From the NCBI GenBank assembly GCA_964466765.1, contig CAYXRQ010000001.1, forward strand, positions 1 to 45,272: a stretch of DNA of 45,272 nucleotides, given 5' to 3'. This stretch comes from an uncultured Bifidobacterium sp. (GTDB lineage: Bacteria > Actinomycetota > Acidimicrobiia > Acidimicrobiales > Ilumatobacteraceae). Below are positions 1 through 10,316 of the stretch, in pieces. Made by a program: the position numbers and the translations under genes. The notes beneath the pieces are model-generated. The model searched no databases. It saw nothing but the letters and a program-made list of their open reading frames with translations, and was not told where the DNA came from. Position 1 is the stretch's first letter. Each line of letters starts with the position of its first letter.

Positions 1-318
1 GCCAAGGCCGCCGAAATTTCGTTCACGGGTCGCACGCTGTCCGCCCAGGAATCCCTCGACCTCGGCATCGTGAACGCGGTGGTCGCGCCCGAGGACCTCC
101 GTGAGCACTCCCTCGCGATGGCGGGGGAGATCGCCTCGAACGCACCGCTCGCCGTCCGTGCGATCAAGCGGATGATGCGCGCCGCAGAGACCGAGACTTT
201 CGAGCAGAACATCCATCATGTGTTCCTCCAGCTGCTCCCGTTGTTCCGAACCCAGGACTTCAAGGAGGGTGTGGCCGCGTTCATCGAGAAGAGGCCGCCG
301 AACTTCGTGGGACGCTGA
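1..318 (+). CDS. enoyl-CoA hydratase/isomerase family protein (C-terminal fragment; 5' end lies outside the window)
   Basis: The frame is open from base 1 (AKAAEISFTGRTLSAQESLDLGIVNAVV...) to the TGA at 316-318. The C-terminus KEGVAAFIEKRPPNFVGR is the typical crotonase-fold tail. Confidence 0.85.
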   Translation, partial: AKAAEISFTGRTLSAQESLDLGIVNAVVAPEDLREHSLAMAGEIASNAPLAVRAIKRMMRAAETETFEQNIHHVFLQLLPLFRTQDFKEGVAAFIEKRPPNFVGR

Positions 319-321
319 CCA

Positions 322-852
322 TTGGGGCCGTTCGAGGTTCTCGGCATCCCGCCCGGGTCCGACGAGACGGCCGTGCGGAGCGCGTTCAGGGAGCGCGCGC
401 GGCAGCTGCACCCCGATGTGGGGGGCGACAACCGGTCGATGGCCGAACTCGTCGAGGCCTACAGGGCAGCGGTGACCGCTGCCAGGACTCCGGACACGAA
501 CGAACCGACCGCGCCGTCAGGACGGAGAGGAACGCGACGCACCCGGGGTCACAGAAGGGTCGAGCACGATGTCGCGAGCTTCACGGTGGATGCTCTCCCC
601 GTGGTCGCGTTCGAGGCGCTCCACATCGTCGCGGGTTCGCTGGGGGACATCTCTGACGAGGAACCTCCGTACATGATCGAGTTCCTCATGAGGGACGCAG
701 ACTCGCTGTGGTGCCGGTGTGAGCTGGTGCCTGATGCGGGCTCCACCACTGTCGCCGTGTCAGTCTCCCCAGCGGGGGAGGAGCCGATGGCACGCGTGGA
801 CCGTGTCCGTGACCTGCTCGTCTCCGAACTGAACTCGCTCGACTGGGAATAG
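322..852 (+). CDS. J-domain (DnaJ-like) protein with an uncharacterised C-terminal domain
   Basis: TTG start just after the upstream stop. The N-terminus FEVLGIPPGSDETAVRSAFRERARQLHPDVGG carries the HPD tripeptide. I recognise no motif in the remaining ~110 aa. Confidence 0.7.
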   Translation: MGPFEVLGIPPGSDETAVRSAFRERARQLHPDVGGDNRSMAELVEAYRAAVTAARTPDTNEPTAPSGRRGTRRTRGHRRVEHDVASFTVDALPVVAFEALHIVAGSLGDISDEEPPYMIEFLMRDADSLWCRCELVPDAGSTTVAVSVSPAGEEPMARVDRVRDLLVSELNSLDWE

Positions 853-1769
853 TCAGGACCGTCCGGCCGCGGCCTTCGACAGGCGGTCCCGCACTGCGGC
901 GGCGAGACCGTCGCCCTCCGGGAGAAGGGCTATGACATCGGTGATCCCGTCATCGTCGGCACGCCGGAGCTCTCCGTAGAGCTGCGCCGCGTATTCCGTG
1001 GCGTCCAGACCCTCGCCGAGAATGCGCACCTTCGACCCGGCATTCATCGACGACGCTGCGGCACGTGCCTCCTCGGTGGTGGCCGCGAGGTGGACACGCG
1101 CACGGGGCGCATAGTGGGAGGCGAGCATGCCCGGGGCCCGCGACGGGCCCGAGGGTCCGGCAACCTCCTCAGCGGCAGTCTCCTCGATCTGATCCGCAGT
1201 GACTGCGCCGGGACGGAGCACCTGGAGCGTTCCTGTGCAGTCGACGATGGTCGACTCGACCCCCACCGTGCAACGACCTCCGTCGAGGACGAGATCCACC
1301 AGCCCGTCGAGGTCACCCACGACATGCGAGGCCTCCGTGGGGCTGACGTGACCGAACCTGTTCGCCGACGGCGCCACCAGTCCTTCGCCGAGCCTGTCGA
1401 TCACCTCGAGAGCCATCGGGTGGGCGGGGACCCTGATGGCGACCGAGTCACGCCCGCCGGTGACCACCGGGGGAACGGTGTCGCGCCTGCGGACGAGCAC
1501 CGTCAGCGGGCCGGGCCAGAAGCGATGGGCAAGAGCCGTCGCCCGCAGGTCGAACTCCCCGTACTTGAGGGCCTGGCCGAGTGACGAGACATGCACGATG
1601 AGCGGGTGTCCGGCCGGGCGCCCCTTTGCCGCGTACACGCGGCGCACGGCCGGCTCGTCCGAGACCCTCGCGGCCAGGCCGTAGACGGTCTCGGTGGGGA
1701 GCCCGACGATGCCGCCCGCAGCGAGCAAAGCCACGGCCTCGTCAATGTCGCCGGTGACCCTGGTCGTGC

Positions 1770-1773
<4 letters not shown>
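853..1773 (-). CDS. L-threonylcarbamoyladenylate synthase (Sua5/YwlC type, t6A pathway)
   Basis: YrdC-fold motifs GLPTETVYGLAA and AKGRPAGHPLIVHV, plus a ~100-aa Sua5-type C-terminal domain. The GTG start overlaps the upstream stop (GTGA). Confidence 0.9.
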
Positions 1774-3935
<2,162 letters not shown>

Positions 3936-3938
3936 CCC

Positions 3939-4589
3939 GTGCGGGTCATTGCCATCGACGGGCCGGCCGGGGCGGGAAAGTCCACGGTCGCGCGCATGGT
4001 CGCGGCAGCCACGGGCCTGCCCTTCCTCGACACCGGCGCGATGTACAGGTGCGTCGCGCTCGCGGTCCTGCGGGATGCCGTCGACCCGGCTGATGCCGCC
4101 GCCGCCACGTCGGTCGCGGAGTCGACGGAGGTGCGGGTGGACGGGTCCACGGTTCGCATGGACGGCGAGGATGTCTCCTCCGCGATCAGGACGCCGGAGG
4201 TCAACGCAGTCGTGAGCGCCATAGCAGTCCACTCCGGGGTCAGGTCAGTCATGCGGGAGGCACAGAGGGCCTGGGCCGAGAGGGTCGGCGGGGGCGTGGT
4301 GGAGGGACGAGACATCGGGACGGTGGTGTTCCCCGATGCCGTCCTGAAGGTCTTTCTGACCGCATCGCCCGCAACGCGAGCGGCAAGGCGGGTGGCGGAG
4401 TCCGGTGGCGACCTGGCGGAGGTCGCGCGGTCCATCGAGGAGCGCGACGCGATCGATTCCACCAGGGAGGACAGCCCCCTGCGTCCGGCTGACGGCAGCA
4501 TCACTGTCGACTCCAGCGACATGACGGTGGAGCAGGTCGTGGACGCGATCGTGGGCCACTACAGGGTGTCCACGGACGGGGAGGGCTGA
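3939..4589 (+). CDS. cmk: cytidylate kinase
   Basis: P-loop IAIDGPAGAGKST and FLDTGAMYR; 216 aa; GTG start 4 nt after the guaB1-like stop. Confidence 0.95.
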   Translation: MRVIAIDGPAGAGKSTVARMVAAATGLPFLDTGAMYRCVALAVLRDAVDPADAAAATSVAESTEVRVDGSTVRMDGEDVSSAIRTPEVNAVVSAIAVHSGVRSVMREAQRAWAERVGGGVVEGRDIGTVVFPDAVLKVFLTASPATRAARRVAESGGDLAEVARSIEERDAIDSTREDSPLRPADGSITVDSSDMTVEQVVDAIVGHYRVSTDGEG

Positions 4590-5269
4590 TGGCAGGCGTC
4601 GAGAGTCACTTTGCCGGGGGATCCCTCGCGAGCAGAGGCTTCTATGCCACGGTGCGCGCCATCGTGGTCTTCCTGTGTCTCGTCGTGACGCGCGTGCGCG
4701 TCCACGGCAAGGAGAACATCCCCCAGACCGGGGCGTTCGTGCTCGCCCCCATCCACCGTTCGAACATCGACACGCCGCTCGCTGCCGCCGTGACGCGCAG
4801 GCGCATGCGGTTCATGGGCAAGGACTCACTGTGGAAGTTCCGTCCGGTCGGCTGGGTGCTGTCTGCACTCGGTGGTTTCCCCGTGTCACGCGGGACGGCC
4901 GACAGGGAGGCGCTCAAGCGTTGTGTGGCGGTGCTCGAGGGGGGAGAACCCCTCGTGCTCTTCCCGGAAGGGACCCGCCAGAGCGGCCCGGTAGTGCATC
5001 CGTTGTTCGACGGCGCGGCGTACGTGGCCGTGAAGGCCGGCGTGCCCATCATCCCCGTGGGGATCGGGGGATCGGAGGGCGTCATGCCGAAGGGGTCGCG
5101 CATGATCCGCCCCAAGAAGTGCGTGATGGTCGTGGGGAAGCCGATCTCCGCAGTCCTCGACGCAGAGGGACGAGTACCGAGGTCGGCCGTCAGGGACGTC
5201 ACCGACAGGCTGTCGGCCTCACTGCAGGAGCTGTTCGACGAGGCACAGCGCCTCGCCGGTTCACTCTGA
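4589..5269 (+). CDS. 1-acyl-sn-glycerol-3-phosphate (lysophospholipid) acyltransferase
   Basis: HRSNID (HX4D) and FPEGTR acyltransferase motifs. The ATG shares one base with the cmk TGA. Confidence 0.9.
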   Translation: MAGVESHFAGGSLASRGFYATVRAIVVFLCLVVTRVRVHGKENIPQTGAFVLAPIHRSNIDTPLAAAVTRRRMRFMGKDSLWKFRPVGWVLSALGGFPVSRGTADREALKRCVAVLEGGEPLVLFPEGTRQSGPVVHPLFDGAAYVAVKAGVPIIPVGIGGSEGVMPKGSRMIRPKKCVMVVGKPISAVLDAEGRVPRSAVRDVTDRLSASLQELFDEAQRLAGSL

Positions 5270-6496
5270 GGCGAACGCCTCCATCAGCGTCACTAGCCTC
5301 GGGACGTCCAATGCCCCGCACATCTCCCGCGCACTGTGCATGGAGAGTTGCGGCGCACCGACGTCGATGCACTCAATGCCGAGCCTCGTCGCCGTCATCG
5401 GCCCGATCGTGCTCCCGCACGGCATGTTGTTCCGCGAGACGAACGTCTGGAGCGGCACACCGGCACGCGAGGCGATTCCCCGCACGAGGGCCGCACCCCG
5501 CGACGTGGTGGCATATCGCTGGTTCCCGTTCAGCTTCAGCGCCGGACCACGGTTGATGACGGGTGCATGGCGCGGCTCGTGGCGTTCCGGGTAGTTCGGG
5601 TGGACAGCGTGGGCATTGTCGGCCGAGAGGCAGAAACTGGATGACATCGCCTCGTGGCGCTCGGTGCCTGTCATCCCGCCTGCCTCGCAGAGCGCAGTGA
5701 TGACCGACTCGAGCAGGGGACCGGCGGCGCCGGTCGTGCTCTCGGAACCGACCTCCTCGTGGTCGTTCATGACGACAACCACATTGTGCGTCGGTTGCCC
5801 CACCGCGGCGAGGGCCCGCGCGGCTGCCCAGCACGACAGTTGGTTGTCGATGCGCCCGCTGGCAACGAGTGAGGAGTCAGCCCCGAGCACGGCCGCGGGT
5901 GCGGCGTCGAAGAGATGCGCATCGAACGCGGCGATGTCCGCGGTGCCCGAGACCCCGGCCAGCCACTCCCGGAAGTCGATCCCGGACGTCGCCCACACGG
6001 GCATCATGTGCTGGTGCCTGTCCAGCTGGAGCCCGCGCTCCCCGATCTCGCGGTCGAGATGGATGGCGAGTTGCGGGACCCGCGCGAGTGCACTGCGCAC
6101 CGAGAAGAGCCTCTTCTCGCCCGACGAAGTGACGACGCGTCCTGCGATGCCGAGATCACGGTCCAGCCACGAGTTGAGGAGTACACCGCCGTAGATCTCC
6201 ACTCCCAGTTGATCCCATCCGTGAGAACCGAACGCGGGGTTCGGGTGGATGCGCAGGTTCGGGCTGTCGGTGTGCGTGCCGATGACCCGGAAAGTGCGGG
6301 CACCGGGAACCGAGATCCAGGCCGCGACGGATCCCTCGCGCACGAGCACGCCCTTCGCGGGCAGTCCTCCGTCCAGACGGGTGACCTCGACGAAGCCTGC
6401 CGCGACGAGATCGTCGGCCGCTCTTCTCGCCGAGTGGAAGGGCGTGGGGCAGGCATCCAGCCATCCCAGCAGGTCAGGAACGTGTGCGTCAGCCAT
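5261..6496 (-). CDS. M18 family (aspartyl) aminopeptidase
   Basis: 411 aa. It has the PTPFHS N-terminus, GTHTDSP, NDHEEVGS and the MHSARE C-terminal motif typical of M18 peptidases. Confidence 0.9.
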   Translation of the reverse strand: MADAHVPDLLGWLDACPTPFHSARRAADDLVAAGFVEVTRLDGGLPAKGVLVREGSVAAWISVPGARTFRVIGTHTDSPNLRIHPNPAFGSHGWDQLGVEIYGGVLLNSWLDRDLGIAGRVVTSSGEKRLFSVRSALARVPQLAIHLDREIGERGLQLDRHQHMMPVWATSGIDFREWLAGVSGTADIAAFDAHLFDAAPAAVLGADSSLVASGRIDNQLSCWAAARALAAVGQPTHNVVVVMNDHEEVGSESTTGAAGPLLESVITALCEAGGMTGTERHEAMSSSFCLSADNAHAVHPNYPERHEPRHAPVINRGPALKLNGNQRYATTSRGAALVRGIASRAGVPLQTFVSRNNMPCGSTIGPMTATRLGIECIDVGAPQLSMHSAREMCGALDVPRLVTLMEAFASE

Positions 6497-7103
6497 GGAA
6501 CAACCCCACCGGGAGTCCCGTGCCCCGGAGATGCCCGCTCTCGTTCACGGACAGGATGCTGCGGTGACCCCTGCTAGAGGCGGCGACGCGGTGGATCGAG
6601 GTGTAGTTCGGGTAGAAGAACTGGTTGCCCGGCAGTCCCAGGACGTGGGCGAGGTACTCGTTGATGACACCGCCGTGGCACGTCACGACCACACGCCCGC
6701 CGGCGTTGTCGTTGATGATCCCCTCCACGGACGAGATGACCCTGTCGTGGAAGTCCTCGGGGCTCTCGTCGGAGTTCCATCCGCCGTCCATCATCTCCCG
6801 CCACCGCGGGTCATTGGCGGCCTTCAGCTCCTCCACGGGGATGTACTCGTTGGAGTTCTGGTCCCACTCCGCGACGCCGTCCACCACGGTGACACCGAGA
6901 CCCTTCCTCCGCGCGAGCGGCTCTGCCGTCTGGCGCGCCCGTCGCATCGGGCTCGAGTAGATGGCGTCGAGATGCTCGAGGGCCATCCAGTCGGCGAAGT
7001 GCTCGGCCTGCTTCAGTCCTGCCTCCGACAGTTCGGGGTCGGCAGGGCCGTCGGTGTTCTCCCGGCGGACGGGGAGTGCGTGACGCACGAGAATCAATTC
7101 CAC
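6489..7103 (-). CDS. histidine phosphatase (phosphoglycerate mutase-like) family protein
   Basis: LILVRHA near the N-terminus and VVVTCHGGVI later. I prefer the GTG at 7101-7103 because the longest ORF start (7139) would overlap the divergent hydrolase start at 7121. The 3' end overlaps the M18 start by 8 nt. Confidence 0.78.
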   Translation of the reverse strand: MELILVRHALPVRRENTDGPADPELSEAGLKQAEHFADWMALEHLDAIYSSPMRRARQTAEPLARRKGLGVTVVDGVAEWDQNSNEYIPVEELKAANDPRWREMMDGGWNSDESPEDFHDRVISSVEGIINDNAGGRVVVTCHGGVINEYLAHVLGLPGNQFFYPNYTSIHRVAASSRGHRSILSVNESGHLRGTGLPVGLFHG

Positions 7104-7120
7104 GGTGATTAGATAACCAT

Positions 7121-7867
7121 GTGGGCACCCCCTCGACACTCATCCACGCGGAGGAATCGGGTCCCGCCGGTGCCCCGCTCGTCGTCCTTGTGCACGGATC
7201 GCTCGACAGATCGGCAGGGATGGCCCGGGTCGCGCGGATCCTGCAGGCCCGGTTCAGGGTTCTCCGCTACGACCGCCGCGGGTACGCGCGGTCCGTCGCG
7301 CACCCGGGACCGTTCGGCGTGGCCGACCACGTCGATGACCTGCTGAATCTCCTGGACGGCCGTCCGGCGGTGCTCATCGGGCACAGCTACGGGGGGAACG
7401 TGGCACTCGCCGCTTCCGTCAGGCTGGGGCCGTCCGTGACGGGCGTGGGTGTCTACGAGACGCCGATGTCATGGCTGCCCTGGTGGCCGGGCACCACAGC
7501 CGGTGCGGCCGCCGCGGCGTCGTCCCCGGAGGATGCCGCAGAGGCATTCATGCGGCGGTTGATCGGGGACGAGGGGTGGAACTCGCTCCCAGAGCGGACA
7601 CGGGCTGCACGGAGGCTCGAGGGCACCGCGCTGCGCGCGGAGTTGACGGAGCTCCGGGAGACGGCGCCGTGGGAGCCGGGCGACGTGAACGTGCGGGTGG
7701 TCTGCGCGCACGGCTCACGCGGTTCCGTCCACCACGCCCGGGGCATGGAGTGGCTGTCGGCGGAACTGGCGAGTGCCGAACTGCAGGTCATCGAGGGAGC
7801 GGGGCACGGGGCGCCCAATTCGCACCCGGCCGCGTTCGTGGAGCAGGTGGTGATGCCCCTCGTCTGA
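7121..7867 (+). CDS. alpha/beta hydrolase
   Basis: LVVLVHGSLDRS, the GHSYGG nucleophile elbow and a C-terminal GAGHGAP; 248 aa. Confidence 0.8.
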   Translation: MGTPSTLIHAEESGPAGAPLVVLVHGSLDRSAGMARVARILQARFRVLRYDRRGYARSVAHPGPFGVADHVDDLLNLLDGRPAVLIGHSYGGNVALAASVRLGPSVTGVGVYETPMSWLPWWPGTTAGAAAAASSPEDAAEAFMRRLIGDEGWNSLPERTRAARRLEGTALRAELTELRETAPWEPGDVNVRVVCAHGSRGSVHHARGMEWLSAELASAELQVIEGAGHGAPNSHPAAFVEQVVMPLV

Positions 7868-7881
7868 GGGCGGCCCGGCGG

Positions 7882-7909
7882 CTACTCGGTGACCGCTACT
7901 CGGTGACCG
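7882..7909. repeat. perfect 14-bp tandem duplication (ctactcggtgaccg x2)
   Basis: Read directly: copy 1 is 7882-7895 and copy 2 is 7896-7909. Copy 2 contains the stop codon and last codons of the minus-strand small ORF. Confidence 0.9.
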
Positions 7910-8180
7910 ACGGGATCTCGACCGACTGGCCGAAGAACGTGCACGACACAGCCTGGGTCCCGGCCGTCGCACGGACCTTCTCGGCGCAGTCGACGATGTT
8001 GGCGCGCTGCGAGTAGGAGCCGAAGCCGAGCGCGAGGAGGAGGACGACGCTGAGGACGCGCATCACCATGTTCTTCACCAGCCACAGAGCCGCCACGGCG
8101 ATGACGACCGAGCCGATCGACATGCCGCTCGCGATGTTCTTGGCCGCGTCGATGTCGAGTGTGATGGCGAGATGTTCCAT
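7896..8180 (-). CDS. small membrane protein, function unknown
   Basis: 94 aa with two hydrophobic spans (IGSVVIAVAALWLV, VLSVVLLLALGF) in a strongly GC3-rich frame. No family recognised. Confidence 0.6.
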   Translation of the reverse strand: MEHLAITLDIDAAKNIASGMSIGSVVIAVAALWLVKNMVMRVLSVVLLLALGFGSYSQRANIVDCAEKVRATAGTQAVSCTFFGQSVEIPSVTE

Positions 8181-8191
8181 GGGGGCAATCT

Positions 8192-8791
8192 ATGCGCCCG
8201 CCAGCCCGTAGCCTTGACACCATGCCGGGCTCGCCCTTCACAGTCGCAGTCCTCATCGGCGGCGACTCGTCGCGGATGGGGACCGACAAGGCCACATACC
8301 CCGTGGACGGGGTGCCGATGGCGGCGCGAGTCGTCTCCGCCGCCAGGGAGGCCGGCGCGGCCGAGGTCCTGCTCGTGGGCGGTCCCCAGTCACGGGCAAA
8401 AGGTCTCGACGGGACGTGGAAGAAGGACGCATTCCCGGGCGAGGGCCCGCTGGGCGGGGTCATCACCGCGCTCAAGGCGTCGGCGAACGATACGGTCGTG
8501 GTGCTGTCGTGCGACATGCCCTTCATCACCGGTGCGGTCATCGCCAGCCTCGCGGACGGTCTCTCTGATGCGCAGGCGACGGTGGGGCGCACCGACCGTC
8601 TCAACTGGCTGTGCGCGGCCTGGTCGCGTGACGAGTGCCTGGCGTCGCTGCAGGGGGTGTGGAAGCGCAACGAACGCGCGGTGCACCGCGCAGCTGTGCT
8701 TCTCGACGTGCTCGAGGTGCCCGTGCCGGCCGTCGCCGTCAGGAACGTGAACACACCGGCCGACCTCGAGCCAGTGGTCGAGGAGAAATAG
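8192..8791 (+). CDS. mobA: molybdenum cofactor guanylyltransferase (MobA-like NTP transferase)
   Basis: AVLIGGDSSRMGTDKA, GEGPLGG and VLSCDMPF motifs. An alternative ATG at 8222 (MPGSPF...) is equally plausible. Confidence 0.8.
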   Translation: MRPPARSLDTMPGSPFTVAVLIGGDSSRMGTDKATYPVDGVPMAARVVSAAREAGAAEVLLVGGPQSRAKGLDGTWKKDAFPGEGPLGGVITALKASANDTVVVLSCDMPFITGAVIASLADGLSDAQATVGRTDRLNWLCAAWSRDECLASLQGVWKRNERAVHRAAVLLDVLEVPVPAVAVRNVNTPADLEPVVEEK

Positions 8792-8792
8792 C

Positions 8793-10007
8793 GTGCGGCG
8801 CGGCGGCGGGCAGTCGGGCCAGGCAAGTCCGGCCACGGCCCACGAATGGATCGACACGGACACGTCCCTGCGCGACTTCGTCGGCGCCTCGGTCGGTTGC
8901 GGCCAGTACTCGATCGACACAGAATTCCACCGGGAGAAGACCTACTTTCCCCGGCTCGCCCTCGTCCAGGTCAGGGCCCGTGACGTCACCGCGCTCATCG
9001 ACCCGCTCGCCGTCGACATGTCGCTCGTGCGTCCGCTCTTCGAGGGGCCTGACCTCGCGGTCCTCCATGCCGCGCAGCAGGACCTCGACGTCCTCGGCCA
9101 GTCCATCGGCTTCGTCCCCTCCCGCATCTACGACACGCAGCTCGCCGCGGGATTCGTCGGGTACTCGAGCCCGTCGCTCGTCAATCTCGCTGCGTCGCTC
9201 CTCCGCGTGAACGTCCCGAAGGGGGACAGGCTCACGGACTGGCTGCGCCGTCCCCTCACCAATGACCAGAGGAACTACGCGGCGTCCGACGTCGAGCACC
9301 TCGCCGCGATGAAGGAGATCATCGACCGGGATCTCGAGGCGCGCGGCAGGACTGCCTGGGCGGAAGAAGCCTGCGAGGAACTGCGCACGAGGAAGATGGG
9401 CCCGGGCGACCCGTGGGACGCCTGGTTGCGCGTCAAGGACATCAGGACAGTCAAGGGTCGGTCGCGCTGGGTGGCGCGGCACGTGGCACGGTGGCGCGAG
9501 GAACGCGCGATGGACCTCGACATCCCGCCGCGGCACGTCCTCTCCGACATCGCGCTCCTCGGCATCGCCCAGCGCGTGCCCCGTTCTCTCGACGACCTGT
9601 CGTCGTGCCGCGGTGTCGACGGCCGTCTCGCGCGCGGCGCCACGGGGGAGGCGCTCCTCGATGCGATCGATGATGCCCTCGACGACGCAGAGAAGGGTGA
9701 CCTCGCATTCCCCTCGAACGACGGGGACGATCTCGACAAGTCGATGAGGCCCGCAGTGACGCTGGTCGGAGTCTGGGTGGCGGAACTCGCGCGTCAGAGC
9801 GATCTCGACCCTGCTCTGCTCGGCACCCGTCGCGACATCGTGGAGCTCCTGTCCGGCACCGAGGGCGCAAGGCTCTCCAGCGGCTGGAGAGCGGACATCC
9901 TCGGGCATGACGTCGAACTGCTCGTCAAGGGCCGCAGGGCACTCACCTTCTCCGCCGGCGGAATGGTCTCGGGGCTCCGGATGGTGCCGGTCGACGGCCC
10001 TGAATGA
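8793..10007 (+). CDS. rnd: ribonuclease D
   Basis: DEDD 3'-5' exonuclease motifs (SIDTEFH, LHAAQQDL, YAASDVEHL) followed by an HRDC-like region; 404 aa. Confidence 0.9.
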   Translation: MRRGGGQSGQASPATAHEWIDTDTSLRDFVGASVGCGQYSIDTEFHREKTYFPRLALVQVRARDVTALIDPLAVDMSLVRPLFEGPDLAVLHAAQQDLDVLGQSIGFVPSRIYDTQLAAGFVGYSSPSLVNLAASLLRVNVPKGDRLTDWLRRPLTNDQRNYAASDVEHLAAMKEIIDRDLEARGRTAWAEEACEELRTRKMGPGDPWDAWLRVKDIRTVKGRSRWVARHVARWREERAMDLDIPPRHVLSDIALLGIAQRVPRSLDDLSSCRGVDGRLARGATGEALLDAIDDALDDAEKGDLAFPSNDGDDLDKSMRPAVTLVGVWVAELARQSDLDPALLGTRRDIVELLSGTEGARLSSGWRADILGHDVELLVKGRRALTFSAGGMVSGLRMVPVDGPE

Positions 10008-10030
10008 GTCAAATTGCCCGAATCCGTCTC

Positions 10031-10058
10031 ACGGGGGCTGTAAAGTACGGGGGTTGTA
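10031..10058 (+). promoter_or_regulatory. imperfect direct repeat ACGGGGGyTGTA x2 (16-nt period) in an AT-richer intergenic region; candidate promoter or regulator site
   Basis: acgggggctgta at 10031-10042 and acgggggttgta at 10047-10058, with a TAAAGT (TAnnnT) hexamer at 10041-10046. Function is inferred only. Confidence 0.3.
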
Positions 10059-10097
10059 TTGAGAGGCCCCCGGGCCACCGAATGTTGGAGCCCGACC

Positions 10098-10292
10098 GTG
10101 AAAAAGGGTCGCCACCGCCGCTTCGAGGAAGCGCGCAAACTGAAGCAAGCCGGCCCTTCTGCGTCTGACCTCGGGCTCAATGAGTCGTCCCGTTCCAGCA
10201 AGTCGGAGGACGACGAGTACGCGGAGATCGCCGAACGCTACGGCTGGGTGGACGAGGACGACGACGAGGACGAAGAGTCCGACGAAGACTGA
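10098..10292 (+). CDS. small highly charged protein (basic N-terminus, poly-acidic tail), DUF3073-like
   Basis: GTG at 10098 with GGAG 8 nt upstream; 64 aa. KKGRHRRFEEARKLK at the start and DEDDDEDEESDED at the end. The DUF3073 resemblance is from memory and not verified. Confidence 0.55.
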   Translation: MKKGRHRRFEEARKLKQAGPSASDLGLNESSRSSKSEDDEYAEIAERYGWVDEDDDEDEESDED

Positions 10293-10316
10293 CCCCAGCG
10301 GTCACGCCCAGACATC

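Noticed and set aside
8739-9908. 389-aa minus-strand ORF opposite rnd
   Set aside because: It is a shadow ORF. RNase D motifs are on the plus strand, and the antisense product is low-complexity and Arg/Glu/Val-rich.
10008-10097. Possible tRNA or small RNA gene in the 90-nt rnd/typA-side spacer
   Set aside because: There is no cloverleaf-compatible acceptor or T-arm (no GTTCRANNC-type box). It is too short and unstructured to call an RNA gene, so I kept it as a possible promoter region.
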